Assembly: GCF_001194135.2 (NCBI RefSeq)
Contig: NC_068992.1
Location: 11,638,533 to 11,698,426 of the forward strand
DNA from: Octopus bimaculoides
Lineage: Eukaryota
Direction: 5' to 3'
Length of the DNA stretch: 59,894 nt
Shown here: in pieces, positions 37,625 through 50,586 of the stretch
How positions within the stretch are numbered: the first letter of the stretch is position 1
Layout: the number at the start of each line of letters is the position of its first letter
Program-made: the position numbers and the translations under genes
Notes under the pieces: model-generated
What the model was told of the DNA's origin: nothing
The model's input: the letters and a program-made list of their open reading frames with translations, nothing else
Databases searched by the model: none

Positions 37625-37870
37625 TATTGTTGCATCGGGGGTTCGGTGCGTGGCGGCAGTGGCGTACTTGCACATCATCCATCGCTGCCGCCAACGCTTC
37701 CGCTGACCTTAGGCAAGAAGTGGAAAAGATAATAGCAGTAGCCAAAACCGAGAGAGAAAGAAAGGGTGAGAATGTTACTGTCCCCATAAACCAAAAGTCT
37801 GGCAACAGTTGTTCATGAGCAGTTGTTCATGAGAGGTTGTCGAATAAAGAATTGTACTTTGTTCTTGATA
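37625..37870 (+). other. CpG-rich unique insert (solo-LTR or retrocopy candidate)
   Basis: Begins TGTTGCA; nine CpGs in about 75 bp; 14-bp tandem duplication; AATAAA at 37843; short open frame. Confidence 0.3.
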
Positions 37871-39010
37871 CTGGCTCTTATTTGAAAACTAGAATGGGTT
37901 GGGACCAGGAAAGCATCAGAACAGAGCATACTGCTTCAACAAGTGTTGTCCAACTTACGCCAGCATGGAAAAATGTAGACATAAAACAAATGATGATGAT
38001 GACAATGGAAAAATATACAGTGATTTGATATAGACCGAAAACAATCAAACACACTGACTGCTTCAGGCATTACACAATGCAGGAGTATCTGATTTGATTT
38101 TTCAATGATGAAGTGTTTAGCATTAGAAGGGCACATTGCCTAAGATAACTTGTCAATGAATTTATGTTCAATTTTGCAATTTCATCCAATTCATGCCAAG
38201 ATGAAAAACAGATGTAAAATAGTGAAATGTAAGAGAAATTGATCAACAGACTCCATTTTCCAGATAATTCTAAGATAATTGTCAGGCTATATTTTATTTT
38301 CCCTCATGTGATTTTTATCACAATTTCATTTCTCGCAACTTTCTAACAATATCTGAGCTTTGCTTATACAATCATCATGTCACAAGGTAAAAAAAAAAAA
38401 AAAGATCAATAAATAAATCCTATATAAATAGACACTTTATCATTCTTTCAGTAATAATATTTTCATATCCTCTATTAAAGAACTCAAACACCTTTCTGCT
38501 TACTGGCCTCTATGAGAGATTCCTGCAACAGAATAAATTTTACATATCTCACAGACCTGAAATCTAATGTCTCTGTGATTATCATCCAATCTTTACTTCA
38601 CAATAATCTTCGTAGTCTAGTCACCTCGTTTCTTCCTATTATATTCAATCAGCTGATTGTCTATCTATCAAATGTGTGAATGTATGTATATANNNNNNNN
38701 NNNNNNNNNNNNNNNNNNNNNNNNNNNNNNNNNNNNNNNNNNNNNNNNNNNNNNNNNNNNNNNNNNNNNNNNNNNNNNNNNNNNNNNNNNNNNNNNNNNN
38801 NNNNNNNNNNNNNNNNNNNNNNNNNNNNNNNNNNNNNNNNNNNNNNNNNNNNNNNNNNNNNNNNNNNNNNNNNNNNNNNNNNNNNNNNNNNNNNNNNNNN
38901 NNNNNNNNNNNNNNNNNNNNNNNNNNNNNNNNNNNNNNNNNNNNNNNNNNNNNATATGTACATATATGTACATACATTATATATATATATATGTACATAT
39001 ACATACATAG

Positions 39011-39043
<33 letters not shown>

Positions 39044-39497
39044 ACACATGCATAAATGGTGGTATTAAATCCAAGATGGCAAACAAATCATAATTCTCCC
39101 ATTAATTCTCTAAGAGCCTCTTGATTTAAACTGGCAAAAGGAACATTCTCACAAAATCTATTTAATTTTTATGTTGGGCTAAAATTCCATAAACTTGATG
39201 CTCTCTCTCTCTTTCTCTCTCTCTCCCTCTCTCTCTTTCCATCTCTCTCCCTCTCTCTTTCTCTCTCTCCCTCTCTCCCTCTCTCTCTCTTTCTCTCTTT
39301 CCCTCTCTCTCTCTCTTTCTTTCTCCCTACACACGTATACATATATAATTCTATTATGAGGATTATTAAGAATGAAGGCACATCAACTCACAGGATGCCA
39401 GATATGGCTAAATACAATGATGTCGAGTTCATAGTGAAATAAACAACATTGAGCACATTAAATGTTGGAAGGATACTTTAGATATGCATGTACCAAC

Positions 39498-39883
39498 GTG
39501 CAGGTGCAATGGCCCAGTGGTTACGGCAGCAGACTCGCAGTCATAGGATCGCAGTTTCGATTCCCAGACCGGGCGTTGTGAGTGTTTATTGAGCAAAAAC
39601 ACCTTAAAGTTCCACGAGGCTCCGGCAGGGCATGGTGGCGAACCCTGCTGTACTCTTTCACCACAACTTTCTCTCACTCTTACTTCCTGTTTCTGTTATG
39701 CCTGTAATTCAAAGGGTCAGCCTTGTCACACTGTGTCACGCTGAATATCCCTGAGAACTACGTTAAGGGTACACGTGTCTGTGGAGTGCTCAGCCACTTG
39801 CACGTTAATTTCACGAGCAGGCTGTTCCGTTGATCGGATCAACTGCAACCCTCGATGTCATAAGCAATGGAGTGCCAACAACA
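39498..39883 (+). mobile_element. Full-length SINE family A copy
   Basis: Perfect 12-bp TSD gcatgtaccaac (39486-39497 / 39884-39895). Confidence 0.96.
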
Positions 39884-40062
39884 GCATGTACCAACACNNN
39901 NNNNNNNNNNNNNNNNNNNNNNNNNNNNNNNNNNNNNNNNNNNNNNNNNNNNNNNNNNNNNNNNNNNNNNNNNNNNNNNNNNNNNNNNNNNNNNNNNNNN
40001 NNNNNNNNNNNNNNNNNNNNNNNNNNNNNNNNNNNNNNNNNNNNNNNNNNNNNNNNNNNNNN

Positions 40063-40148
40063 ATGACAGCAGTTTCAGTAGAATTTTATTTATTTAATAC
40101 AGTCATAAAAGATTCAATTATAATATATAATTCATCATCATCAGGTAA
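40063..40148 (-). ncRNA. Hammerhead-like motif on the minus strand, truncated by a gap
   Basis: Minus strand: CTGATGA (40144-40138)...aattctact GAAAC TGCT GTC; stem II partly paired (gaatt/aattc); stem I cut off by Ns. Confidence 0.4.
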
Positions 40149-40384
40149 ATTTTATGCAAAGGGATTCCTTATAGTTTCCTTCTACTAATTCCTCTCACAA
40201 GGTGATGGTTAACCTGAGGCTAGAGGAAAAGATATTCGTCCAAAGCGTCATGCCATACATTGCAATTGAACCCTAAACCACTTGGTTGGGAAGTAAACTT
40301 CTTAACCTCATAACCACACTTGTGATGTGTGAAGACAAAATCTTCAGTATTTCCTCTATTGACACTACTGTTGATAAAATGGCT

Positions 40385-40437
<53 letters not shown>

Positions 40438-40475
40438 GCTACTACTACTACTACTATTAGTACTACTGCTACTAC
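40385..40475. repeat. (CTA)n microsatellite
   Basis: Read directly. Confidence 0.95.
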
Positions 40476-41005
40476 TGGCACAATCACTAATATTCCTCAT
40501 TCCTACTGGAACAATAGCTGAAGCTTAGCAAAATGGGAAGACATTCAAAATTTCTTGAACTTTGGATTCTCAGATTTCAACTATTAAGCTGTAATAGTTT
40601 GGAATTTTATTGGTAGAAGCCATAGAAAATAAAACACGTAATTCAATAAATACCACAAGTCACTTTAGCGAAACAGCAATAGTGAAATTATCGTAGGGAC
40701 TTTACAGTGCAAACTAATGAGCGAAAAGATGTTAGAGACTTGTTAAACAGCAATTGTGTTAAAAGTCGTTAACATGTTATGTTTGGCACTCTTACTGTTG
40801 GCATGCTTTGCATGGTATCCAGCAACACCATTTGTTATATATTGTTTATTGGAGCAATTAATCATATTTATGGTGCTTTTATAATAGTAAATATACAAAC
40901 ACAATCTTTGCAAATATATCTCGTATAAATTCTCATTAAGGCACAGCACACATTAAACACATGTATATGCACATATGTTTGAGTATGTAAGATATAAATA
41001 CATAC

Positions 41006-41095
<90 letters not shown>

Positions 41096-41290
41096 NNNNN
41101 NNNNNNNNNNNNNNNNNNNNNNNNNNNNNNNNNNNNNNNNNNNNNNNNNNNNNNNNNNNNNNNNNNNNNNNNNNNNNNNNNNNNNNNNNNNNNNNNNNNN
41201 NNNNNNNNNNNNNNNNNNNNNNNNNNNNNNNNNNNNNNNNNNNNNNNNNNNNNNNNNNNNNNNNNNNNNNNNNNNNNNNNNNNNNNNNNN

Positions 41291-41369
<79 letters not shown>

Positions 41370-42268
41370 TATTTAATAAATGCATGCACACACACACACA
41401 TATAAATACATGCAAATATATATATCTACACATGCATACATACAGATACATGCACACATATAAGTATGCACATACATATGTATATACACACACATACAAA
41501 TATACGTATGCACATACTTACCTAAACAGACACTTATACACAAACGCAAACAACCAAAACCTCAGATATAAGCATTAACATATACACACATACAGACCAA
41601 CCCACCACCTCACACTCCTTTACATACACATTTACACTTAAACCAACACACACACACACACATTCACTGATAAACTCACACACACACACATGCATTTAAA
41701 TCTAAATACACAATATTATTATGGTGCTTTTATTACTCCTGCATAGAAGGCATATTGTTAAATCCAAATTATAATGGTCATTGAAAACATTACAATATTG
41801 AATGAGTTGCTGGTGGGAAGAGCAGAGATAAAATTTGGCGGGGTGGGGGTGGTGCTGAGTTATTGCCCTTTGTTTTAATGACTAATGGAAAACATCCTGC
41901 CCCCCCCCCCCCAACAATCTCATTCACCGTCATCATCAGCATCATTATAATTATCATCATCCTCATTATCATCTTCATCATTATCATTGTCATCATCATC
42001 ATCATTATCATCATCATCATCGTTGTTGTTGTTGCCATCAATCTTATTGCAGACTTCTGATTCTTTTTCTCCTTGAAATTTGTTAAAGCATTATTCTTCG
42101 GCCAAACGGTCTACTTATTGCTAACCTTTACCTATTTTCATGTAATAGTATTTATTCTCCAGGATCTTTTGCATGGTGAACAGCTCAAAGCACCGATATG
42201 CTTTCATAGCAGGCATAAAATGACAACTACTGTGAGTGTATGTGTGTATGTGTGTGTATGTGTGTGTG

Positions 42269-42321
<53 letters not shown>

Positions 42322-42323
42322 GT

Positions 42324-42545
42324 ATTCTTTTATTCCTTTACATGTTTCGGTCATTTCGACTGTGGCCATGTTGGAGCACCACCTTTTAATGAAACAAATT
42401 GACCCCTGGACTTATTCTTTGTAAATCTGGTACTTATTCTATTGGTCTATTTTACCAAACAGCTAAGTTATGGGACGTAAGCACACCAGCATCAGTTGTC
42501 AAGCAATGGTTGGGGGGAGAGACAAACACAGATACAAACACACAA

Positions 42546-42605
<60 letters not shown>

Positions 42606-42718
42606 GATGGGCTTTTTTCAGTTTCTTTCTACCAAATCCACTCACAAAGCTTTGGTCAACCCAAGGCAACAGTAGAAGACAGTGGGACTGAACCTCAAAC
42701 CAAGTGGTTGAGAAGCAA
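42324..42718 (-). mobile_element. SINE family B copy with expanded internal (TA)n and a small deletion in the head
   Basis: Tail gtttcggtcatttcgactgtggccatgttggagcaccacc; body matches 20734-21139. Confidence 0.9.
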
Positions 42719-43359
42719 ATATATATATATATATATATAAGTATGTATGTATGTATGTATGTATGTATGTGTAGGTATGTATATATATATATATGCTGTC
42801 TTTTTGGGCTATTCCAATGATATTTGTACACCAGGGGTGATATAAGGCATGAGAAAACAGGAAAAATGGCAAAAACGCTAAAATGGTATCAGCAGAAACA
42901 CATTAAAGAATTCCTTTCTTTTTGCCTCTGGAATTTCCGAATTCTAGTCCTGACAGAATGGAAGTTAGGGCTGACTCTAACCTCCATTCCTATGTGGTTT
43001 GATAAGATAAGTACTAATAATATACTACACCTGATTTCATCTATCATTCACTTTCTAATTAAGAAATCAATATTGTATTAGAGACCAGTCATTGCACAGC
43101 TTGCTTCATTGACAAATATACATGCTTCCTCAATGCATACATGGTAGTTATACGACATGCACAAATATGCAGATAGCTGTAATCATGTTCAAATGTAGCT
43201 GCAATGCATTTGTGCACATTAATGTTAGATTGCATGTACATGGTGAATAATATTTACTTGTAGTTGTAGTGTAAATGTGCACATTCACACCTGAATATAG
43301 ATAGTGTATAATGTGTACATATATATATACTAATGCGCACAAATACACAAAACACTCAA

Positions 43360-43483
<124 letters not shown>

Positions 43484-43620
43484 GAAACACTTAGTTTCGA
43501 ATAGGGGCAGCTGATGAAGGAAATATTCTCTATGTGACCTGTTTGTTTTCTGTGCTCTGTTTATGTCCTGTTTTTCATTTTGTCCACGTTTTTTTTGTGA
43601 CGTCCTGTACCCAGATATGC
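43484..43620. mobile_element. Dispersed repeat, same family as 16212-16386 (Penelope-like remnant inferred)
   Basis: Shared 24-mer (22/24) and ctgatgaagg...tgacctgttt. Confidence 0.55.
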
Positions 43621-43691
43621 ATCTATATATACATGTAGATATAGGTATGTACATACATGTAAGTAAATGTGCATATACTCACATATTATTT

Positions 43692-43735
<44 letters not shown>

Positions 43736-44346
43736 AGATATATACGCATACATATAAATGTGCATTTATAGGTATATCATGCAATATATATACCTATATG
43801 TATATGTACATGTGTATTTGCATGTGTAGGAATATTTGTGTAGAGATATATGTAGACAACTATCATACATCCTTTCACTAACTCGCTCTCTGGAAATGTA
43901 TATACATATATAAATACATACATATTATATACATGTATATACATACATGTGTGTGCATATGTGTATGTGTATGTGTGTGTGTGTGGTGGGGATGGATATA
44001 CACCACACACATGCACACTTCCATAGATACCTGACATACAAAATATCACATGCTCTGCTGCTGTTAATGGGCTCAGCTAATGAATCCCAGATTTACCGAT
44101 TCGATGCAATAGGAAGCAACCCTTTTTCTCTGACAAATTAGCTCAGGCAATTAAAAAAAGATTAACAACCTTACAACACATTCCATATAATCTAAATACA
44201 CATGACAGCTACATATTCTGATTGTGACAGATCATAATTAACTCATCTTTTGGATGAATAAAGAGAGAAAAACAATATACTAACACACACATACACTCGT
44301 ACACATGCATGTAATTTTTTGTCTTTGTGTATAACTGTGTGTGTAT

Positions 44347-44379
<33 letters not shown>

Positions 44380-44509
44380 GCACACACACATATACACACG
44401 TACACATTCAATTTTATTCACATATATATATAGATGCATTTATATATATATTTATATATACATACATACACACAAACATACACATATATAGATAAATACG
44501 TATCTTATA

Positions 44510-44561
<52 letters not shown>

Positions 44562-44647
44562 TATAGATATATGTTTATGCATAAACATATGTAGACACAC
44601 ATGTACATGCATATATATGTTTGCACATGTTACTATTATCATTATTA

Positions 44648-44707
<60 letters not shown>

Positions 44708-45166
44708 TAAACACACAAATACACAAAATGAAAATATAATCAATAATTAATGCGTTCTTTACTAATTGCTGTCAGTGTACTATGTGTCGAAACAGAAACT
44801 CTAATTTCCCTGCCAAGTTGAATCATTTCGCAAAGCACCAATATGAACTTGACCATAAGTATGGGAGTCAAAGACAATTCCAGCTTCGGTTGCTAGATTT
44901 ACACAGGTGGAGAATGTCACACAAAAAAGCTTATATCCATTTGCACCACCATTAGATAATCTTGGTTAATCTACTTGGAAGGCTTATAAAAAGAGATTAG
45001 TAATGATGCATGAGCCGTTTCTCAAAAGTGGTCCTCCAAAAATTTTGTGTTGTCCTTCGGTGGCCTAACTGGAATCTGTTGTGCATCGCTGTATCTTATC
45101 TCTAGCCAACAGTTGCAAGTGTCCATATGTGAGTATGTATGTGTGTCTTTGTGTGTGTGATTGGGG

Positions 45167-45204
<38 letters not shown>

Positions 45205-45332
45205 ATGTATGGGGTTTAGTTCACGAGTGATGTAAACGATTAGGTACGCTAGGTGAAGTTCTGTAACGGATTACTAGGACTCCAAGGTTATAGCCGAGAC
45301 GGTAGTTATGGAGCCATTGCAGATTTCCGATT

Positions 45333-45640
45333 ATGTCCCACCCACCATATTCACTGAACATTACCTCATATGATTATCATTTATTCTGCAGTCTTCAAAA
45401 TCATTTGGACGGAAAATATATGAATTCTGTAGATGAGGGCAGAACAATACTGGAGGAGTACTTTTCATCACAGACAAGTGAATTTTGGAAGAGAGGCCTT
45501 GCAAGTCTGCCAGATAAATGGAAGAGCATTGTAGAACATGAAGGAGAGTATATTTTAGATTAAAAAAGAACTTTGTTTGTCTTAAATTTGAAAAATGAAA
45601 GAAGTATAAAAAACTGCATTATTTATGGGATGACCCAATA
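45333..45640 (+). pseudogene. Mariner (Tc1/mariner, D34D-type) transposase 3' fragment with right TIR
   Basis: HPPYSLNITSYDYHLFCSLQNHLDG...EFWKRGLASLPDKWKSIVEHEGEYILD* matches the HPPYSPDLAPSDYHLF motif; TIR gcattatttatgggatgacccaa followed by TA and a (TACA)n run. Confidence 0.92.
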
Positions 45641-45668
45641 TATACATACATACATATACATACATACA

Positions 45669-45704
<36 letters not shown>

Positions 45705-45862
45705 TATATNNNNNNNNNNNNNNNNNNNNNNNNNNNNNNNNNNNNNNNNNNNNNNNNNNNNNNNNNNNNNNNNNNNNNNNNNNNNNNNNNNNNNNNNNNN
45801 NNNNNNNNNNNNNNNNNNNNNNNNNNNNNNNNNNNNNNNNNNNNNNNNNNNTGTATATATAA

Positions 45863-46303
45863 CCGTAGGCATGGCTGTGTGGTAAGAAGCTTGCTTCCCC
45901 ACCATTTGGTTCTGGGTTCAGATCCACTATGGGATCCACGTTGGGCAAATGACTTCTACTATACCCTTGAGCCAACCAAAAGCCTTGTAAGTGAATATGG
46001 TAGATGGAAACTGAAATAAATTAATCATTATGTATATATGTGTGTGTGTGTATATGTATATACATATACATATGTGTGTGTGTGTCTGTCTGTGTATGTG
46101 CGTGTATCCCATGACCACTTGACAACCGGTGTGGTGTGTTTACATCACTGTAACTTAGTGGTTCAGCAAAACAGCCTGATAAAATAAGTACGAGGCTTTA
46201 AAAAAATAAATCCTAGGATTGATTTGTTCAATTAAAACCCCTTAAGCTGGTGTTCCAGCATGGCCACAGTCAAGTGACTGAAATAAGTAAAAGAATAAAA
46301 GAA
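45863..46303 (+). mobile_element. Full-length, diverged SINE family B copy
   Basis: Head ggcatggctgtgtggtaagaagcttgc; tail ccagcatggccacagtcaagtgactgaaataagtaaaagaat. Confidence 0.9.
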
Positions 46304-46616
46304 TATATTATCATTGCTAACCAATTTATGAGCGAAACTTACTTTATATTCCATTTTTCATAAACATTAATAGCATAAAACTCACTTTCTTCCAATTGAC
46401 CTTTGTTGCACCTCACTGTGCTACACCACCACCTGACAGGTGAAGGTATATGTGTCTGAGAAGCTGTAAACAGTGAAACCACTTAAGCAATACATAATTT
46501 CCTTCCTGAAGATTTGCATCATTCTGATTTTATAAGATTTTCTTTCTATAATTAATAATTTTTAATCGAAGGAAATCTTTCTTTACTGAGATATGAACTC
46601 TTAATGCAATTTTCAA

Positions 46617-46730
46617 GCAGAATTACTATGAAAGTGTATTACAAGGCAGTAATTACAAGTGTATTGCAAAACAGTGTATTTCAAGACAGTGTATTACAAG
46701 GCAGTGTATTACTATGACAGTGTATTACAG
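46617..46730. repeat. 15-bp minisatellite (cagtgtattacaagg)n, about 8 degenerate units
   Basis: Read directly. Confidence 0.9.
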
Positions 46731-46769
46731 CTGTACCTTATCCTGTGATCCTCTTTGCACTTTCTCTGT

Positions 46770-46895
46770 ACTAAATCCACTTGCACTTCTTTGGTAAGAT
46801 TAGAGCTATATCTATCAGAAGACACTTGTCCAAGATGCCACACAATGAAACTGAATTTGGAACCACGTGGTTCAGAAGTAAACTTCTTACCACAT
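46770..46895 (-). mobile_element. Degenerate SINE family B head
   Basis: aaatccacttgc...gaagacacttgtccaagatgccacac...cttcttaccac. Confidence 0.75.
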
Positions 46896-47438
46896 GCACA
46901 CACACTCACACATTCGCACACACACACATATATATACACACATACATTCACACACACACTCATGCAGACACACACACACACACATACATACGCACACACA
47001 CACACACAAAATTACATATATTGCGACCACTGGTAGCTATGTTGTGTCCATTACCAACAAAGTACTTAACTTTCAGCAGCAGATGTCAATTACTTGTAAG
47101 TAGACACTCTGAAAGCTAAATCTAATACTTTCCAAAATCACAAGAATTCTTCCATTTAGTACATAACTCGTTCTTCCAGAGTGTTAAGTGGATGATAGAT
47201 AAATTTCATCTCAGTCAGATAAAATGTTGAGTTCAATTTGATTTCATATCTGCACTGATTGGCAAAATCTGATGGTTTAGCTAGTGTATTGAATAAAATG
47301 CCTTTTTTCCCCAAGTCTTTACATTTTGAATTCGAATCCATAGAGATCAACTTTGCCTATCATCTTTCTGTGATTGATACAAAAATAACAGTCAAAAGAC
47401 TGCTGATCCCTCTTGGCAGACCCATTCTCTGAGTAGAA

Positions 47439-47575
47439 CAGAGTTTCTCAACCATTTTTTTTATCTATGAACCCCTTTGATTACTATTTTATTGTGGCGG
47501 ACCACCGTAGACATTCGATGTTTAAAAACTAGTTTTATAGAAACTTCTTTTAAAATTCCTATTTTGTTTTTCCAA
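47439..47575 (+). mobile_element. hAT(Charlie)-like MITE left end
   Basis: Starts cagagtttctcaacc, close to the CAGTGGTTCTCAAC-type hAT terminus; no right end found. Confidence 0.45.
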
Positions 47576-47638
47576 GAAAGAAACTTTGCTGTTTCTTGCA
47601 ATACATACCAATACATACATCTAAAGTACTAGATTTAG

Positions 47639-48040
47639 TACATCGAAGTTGGATGTAGAGGGTTTGTTGGACACAGTGTGAGACGACTGTTGTTATCGTT
47701 GGGCCTTACTCATCGTAAGGTAAATACCACCATGAGTGATATCCAAACTACAGTGGAGAAGGCTGGCTAGCCACTGGACTTGGTTAAAAAGAGACGATGA
47801 GAAATGGCTAGAAGAATATTGAGATTTTTTTTAATAACCAGTTGATCTAGCAAGCGGGGCCTCATATCAGTGAGGGGGGGCCGGTGCGCATTGATGCCGT
47901 CGAGAGGTAGGCCCCGAAATGGCACGCATTCTCTCCTGATGACCCCATACACTTTCTGGCTTCCAATATGCAGAGTTCTCGACTGGTAGCACTTGCATGT
48001 GCGAGTTGTTTGCAACACATCAATCATACACATTGTATCC
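47639..48040 (+). mobile_element. HERO-like non-LTR retrotransposon 3' end (ORF C-terminus plus 3'UTR)
   Basis: YIEVGCRGFVGHSVRRLLLSLGLTHRKVNTTMSDIQTTVEK[fs]ASHWTWLKRDDEKWLEEY* (stop 47820-47822) matches the 'EVGCRGF...ASRWLWIKR' signature; GC-rich UTR follows, right boundary approximate. Confidence 0.85.
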
Positions 48041-49254
48041 AATTTTTATATTTGAAACAATAATTGCATGTGACTAATTATTCCATATTTGTCTTGGGGA
48101 ATGTTAGTATTCTAGTATTCTAGTATTCTATCCAGAATGAGAAAATTCACTTAGCAACTGCTTCATCTAGATTCCGTGGTATTTATAATTTTGAAATTAA
48201 TGATAAAGGGAGAATTTTCAATGGCTAATGCTCATTAAGTTCTCCCATCACATCACAAAATAAGAAAAAAAATTTTTAAACGAAAAATTTGTTAAAAATT
48301 TTTTTATAAATAACTTGGCCTAATATTGGATATATTGAATTATTTCAGCAAGTCCAGTTTCTTTGCTAAATCGAACTCTGCAGCTATCAGTGATTATTTT
48401 CTTATTAAATGACTCCTGCTTCTAACAGATAAGCATTCTGTACCTCCCCCCATCCCCCATCACTGCCACCAACATTACATATCTTTACGCTTTCAAACCA
48501 CCCGTCTTTTACAAGTAACATTAATTGATCTTATTTGCTCAGGAGAGACAAAATAATAAAAGTAAAAAAAAGAAATGGAAGAGTAAAATGTATCAAGACA
48601 GCAGATTGAAAAAAAAGAAGCATACGAAAATATGGATATATATATATATGTGTGTGTATATATGTAAAAGGAATAATGATAAAATTCAAGAGTAGATATG
48701 TTGCCTCAAGGGAAATTATTGCTTATTTCCAATATGGTAATCTCTATGGAATTGGCAACCCTCCTACACATGCAGCCACAGAAAGAAAGCAAAGCAAAAA
48801 AAAAGAAAAAACGAGTGGGGAATGAAGAAAAGGAAAAAAAGAAAATTACATGATTCTAAAGTGAAAACAAAATTAGAAGGTTATAAAAATTCCAACCACT
48901 AATACTTGCTGTTTGAAACTGGTTTTATACTAAACAAGATATTCTATTCTAAATGCATATTGTAAGTAGTTTGACATTTTTAACAAAAAAATTTCACTGT
49001 CCTCATTTTAGCTTCCTGAAATTCTTTCTTCTCTTTTTCTATATAATTATTGTTTTTTTTCAGCCAACACAAAACGTTTTTTTAATTCTTAACTCTCAGA
49101 TGATAAGGGATGTAAAGTATAGCAATCTCTACTATAAAGAAAATATGATATGATATGATATGATATGCAGTACTGTCTTGAGGCAGGATACTGGATGGCT
49201 ACTCAAGGATCCTCACAGACCTAGAAGCTCAATGCTAATCTACTTATGTTGTGA

Positions 49255-49742
49255 TTTGTTGCTTGTTCCTTCTCGAGCCATGCCTGGCTCATAAGGGCCG
49301 GTTTCCTGGTTTCATTGGAGTGTAGGTTTCCCACTTGGATGGGATGCCAGTCTGTCACAGGTGAGCTGCCAGATGCAGGAGGAAAGAGTGAGAGAAAGTT
49401 GTGGCAAAAGAGTCAGCAGAGGTTCACCATTACCATCTACCGGAAAGGCGGCGAGCTGGCAAAAACGTTAGCATGCAGGGAGAAATACTTAGCGGTATTT
49501 TATCTGTCTTTACGTTCTGAGTTCAAATTCCCCTGAGGTCAACTTTGCCTTTCATCCTTTTGGGGTACTTATAAATTAGGTACCAGTGCGTACTGGGATC
49601 GATCTAATCAACTGGGCCCCTTCCCCCAAAATTTCAGGCCTTGTACCTAGAGTAGAAACACACATCATCTAGTCTGAGATTCGAACCCGTGATCCCTCCA
49701 CTGCAAGTCTGCTGCTCTAACTACTAGGCCATGTGCCTCCAC
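49255..49742 (-). mobile_element. SINE family A2 (A-type head and core, different V-domain-like tail), interrupted by a family C insertion
   Basis: Head gtggaggcacatggcctagtagttagagcagcagac (49742-49657); body ccacaactttctctcactctt then cctgtgacagactggcatcccatcc...gaaaccggcccttatgagcc (49445-49255). Confidence 0.8.
49446..49656 (+). mobile_element. SINE family C copy nested in A2
   Basis: ggcggcgagctggcaaaaacgttagc...gaggtcaactttgcctttcatcc...ggccttgtacctagagtagaaa. Confidence 0.9.
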
Positions 49743-49789
49743 ATGCTGTGATTTGCTGTCCCCCTGCGTTCTCTGTTAAACGTCCCCAT

Positions 49790-49974
<185 letters not shown>

Positions 49975-49976
49975 GA

Positions 49977-50192
49977 TGCCAGTGAGGTGGCAGAATAGTT
50001 AGCATGTTGAACAAAATGCTTTATAGCACATTTTTCTGGCTTTGTGTTCTGAGTTCAAATGCTACCAAGATTAACTTTTATCTTTCATCCTTTCAGGATC
50101 AATAAAATAAGTACCATTTATGTACTGGGGTTGATGTAATTGACTGAACTCCTCCCACAAAATTTCAGAACTTTGCCTTTAGTAGAAAGAAT
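49977..50192 (+). mobile_element. SINE family C copy, followed by further degenerate C-like heads to about 50480
   Basis: gtgaggtggcagaatagttagc...ttctgagttcaaatgc...tttcatcctttcaggatcaataaaataagtacc...gtagaaagaattat. Confidence 0.85.
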
Positions 50193-50586
50193 TATCATAT
50201 TCAACTATTTTTTTTTTTTTGAAAATGCAATTAGCAGCAAATTAACAGAGTCATTAGAACATTGGATAAAATACCTTGTGGCATTATTCTGGTACCTTGC
50301 TTTATGAGTTCAAATCTCCCTGAAGTCTTCTTTGTCTTTCATCTTACTGGGGCTGGTAAATAAAATACATGTCTAGCATGGGGGACTGGCAGAAATATTA
50401 ATGTATTCACTGGGGATGTCATATGGTAGTTCATCCGGCTCTTAATATTCCAGGTTCAAACCTGACTGTGGCTATCTTTCAGGGTAAATTTAATCGTTTG
50501 CCCACTAATCTCTGACACATAGGGAAACTTTAGATGAAAGATAAAAGCTACCAGATGAAGATATATGAAAATGATATATCATTTTT

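Noticed and set aside
43484-43530. GAAAC...CTGATGA in reversed order (also 16218-16265 and 47915-47943) as type II/III hammerheads
   Set aside because: I could not build stems I and II; these may be split halves of tandem PLE repeats, but are unsupported here.
46617-46730. Array as miR-8/miR-200 seed sites
   Set aside because: The unit has CAGTGTATTA, not the CAGTATT seed match.
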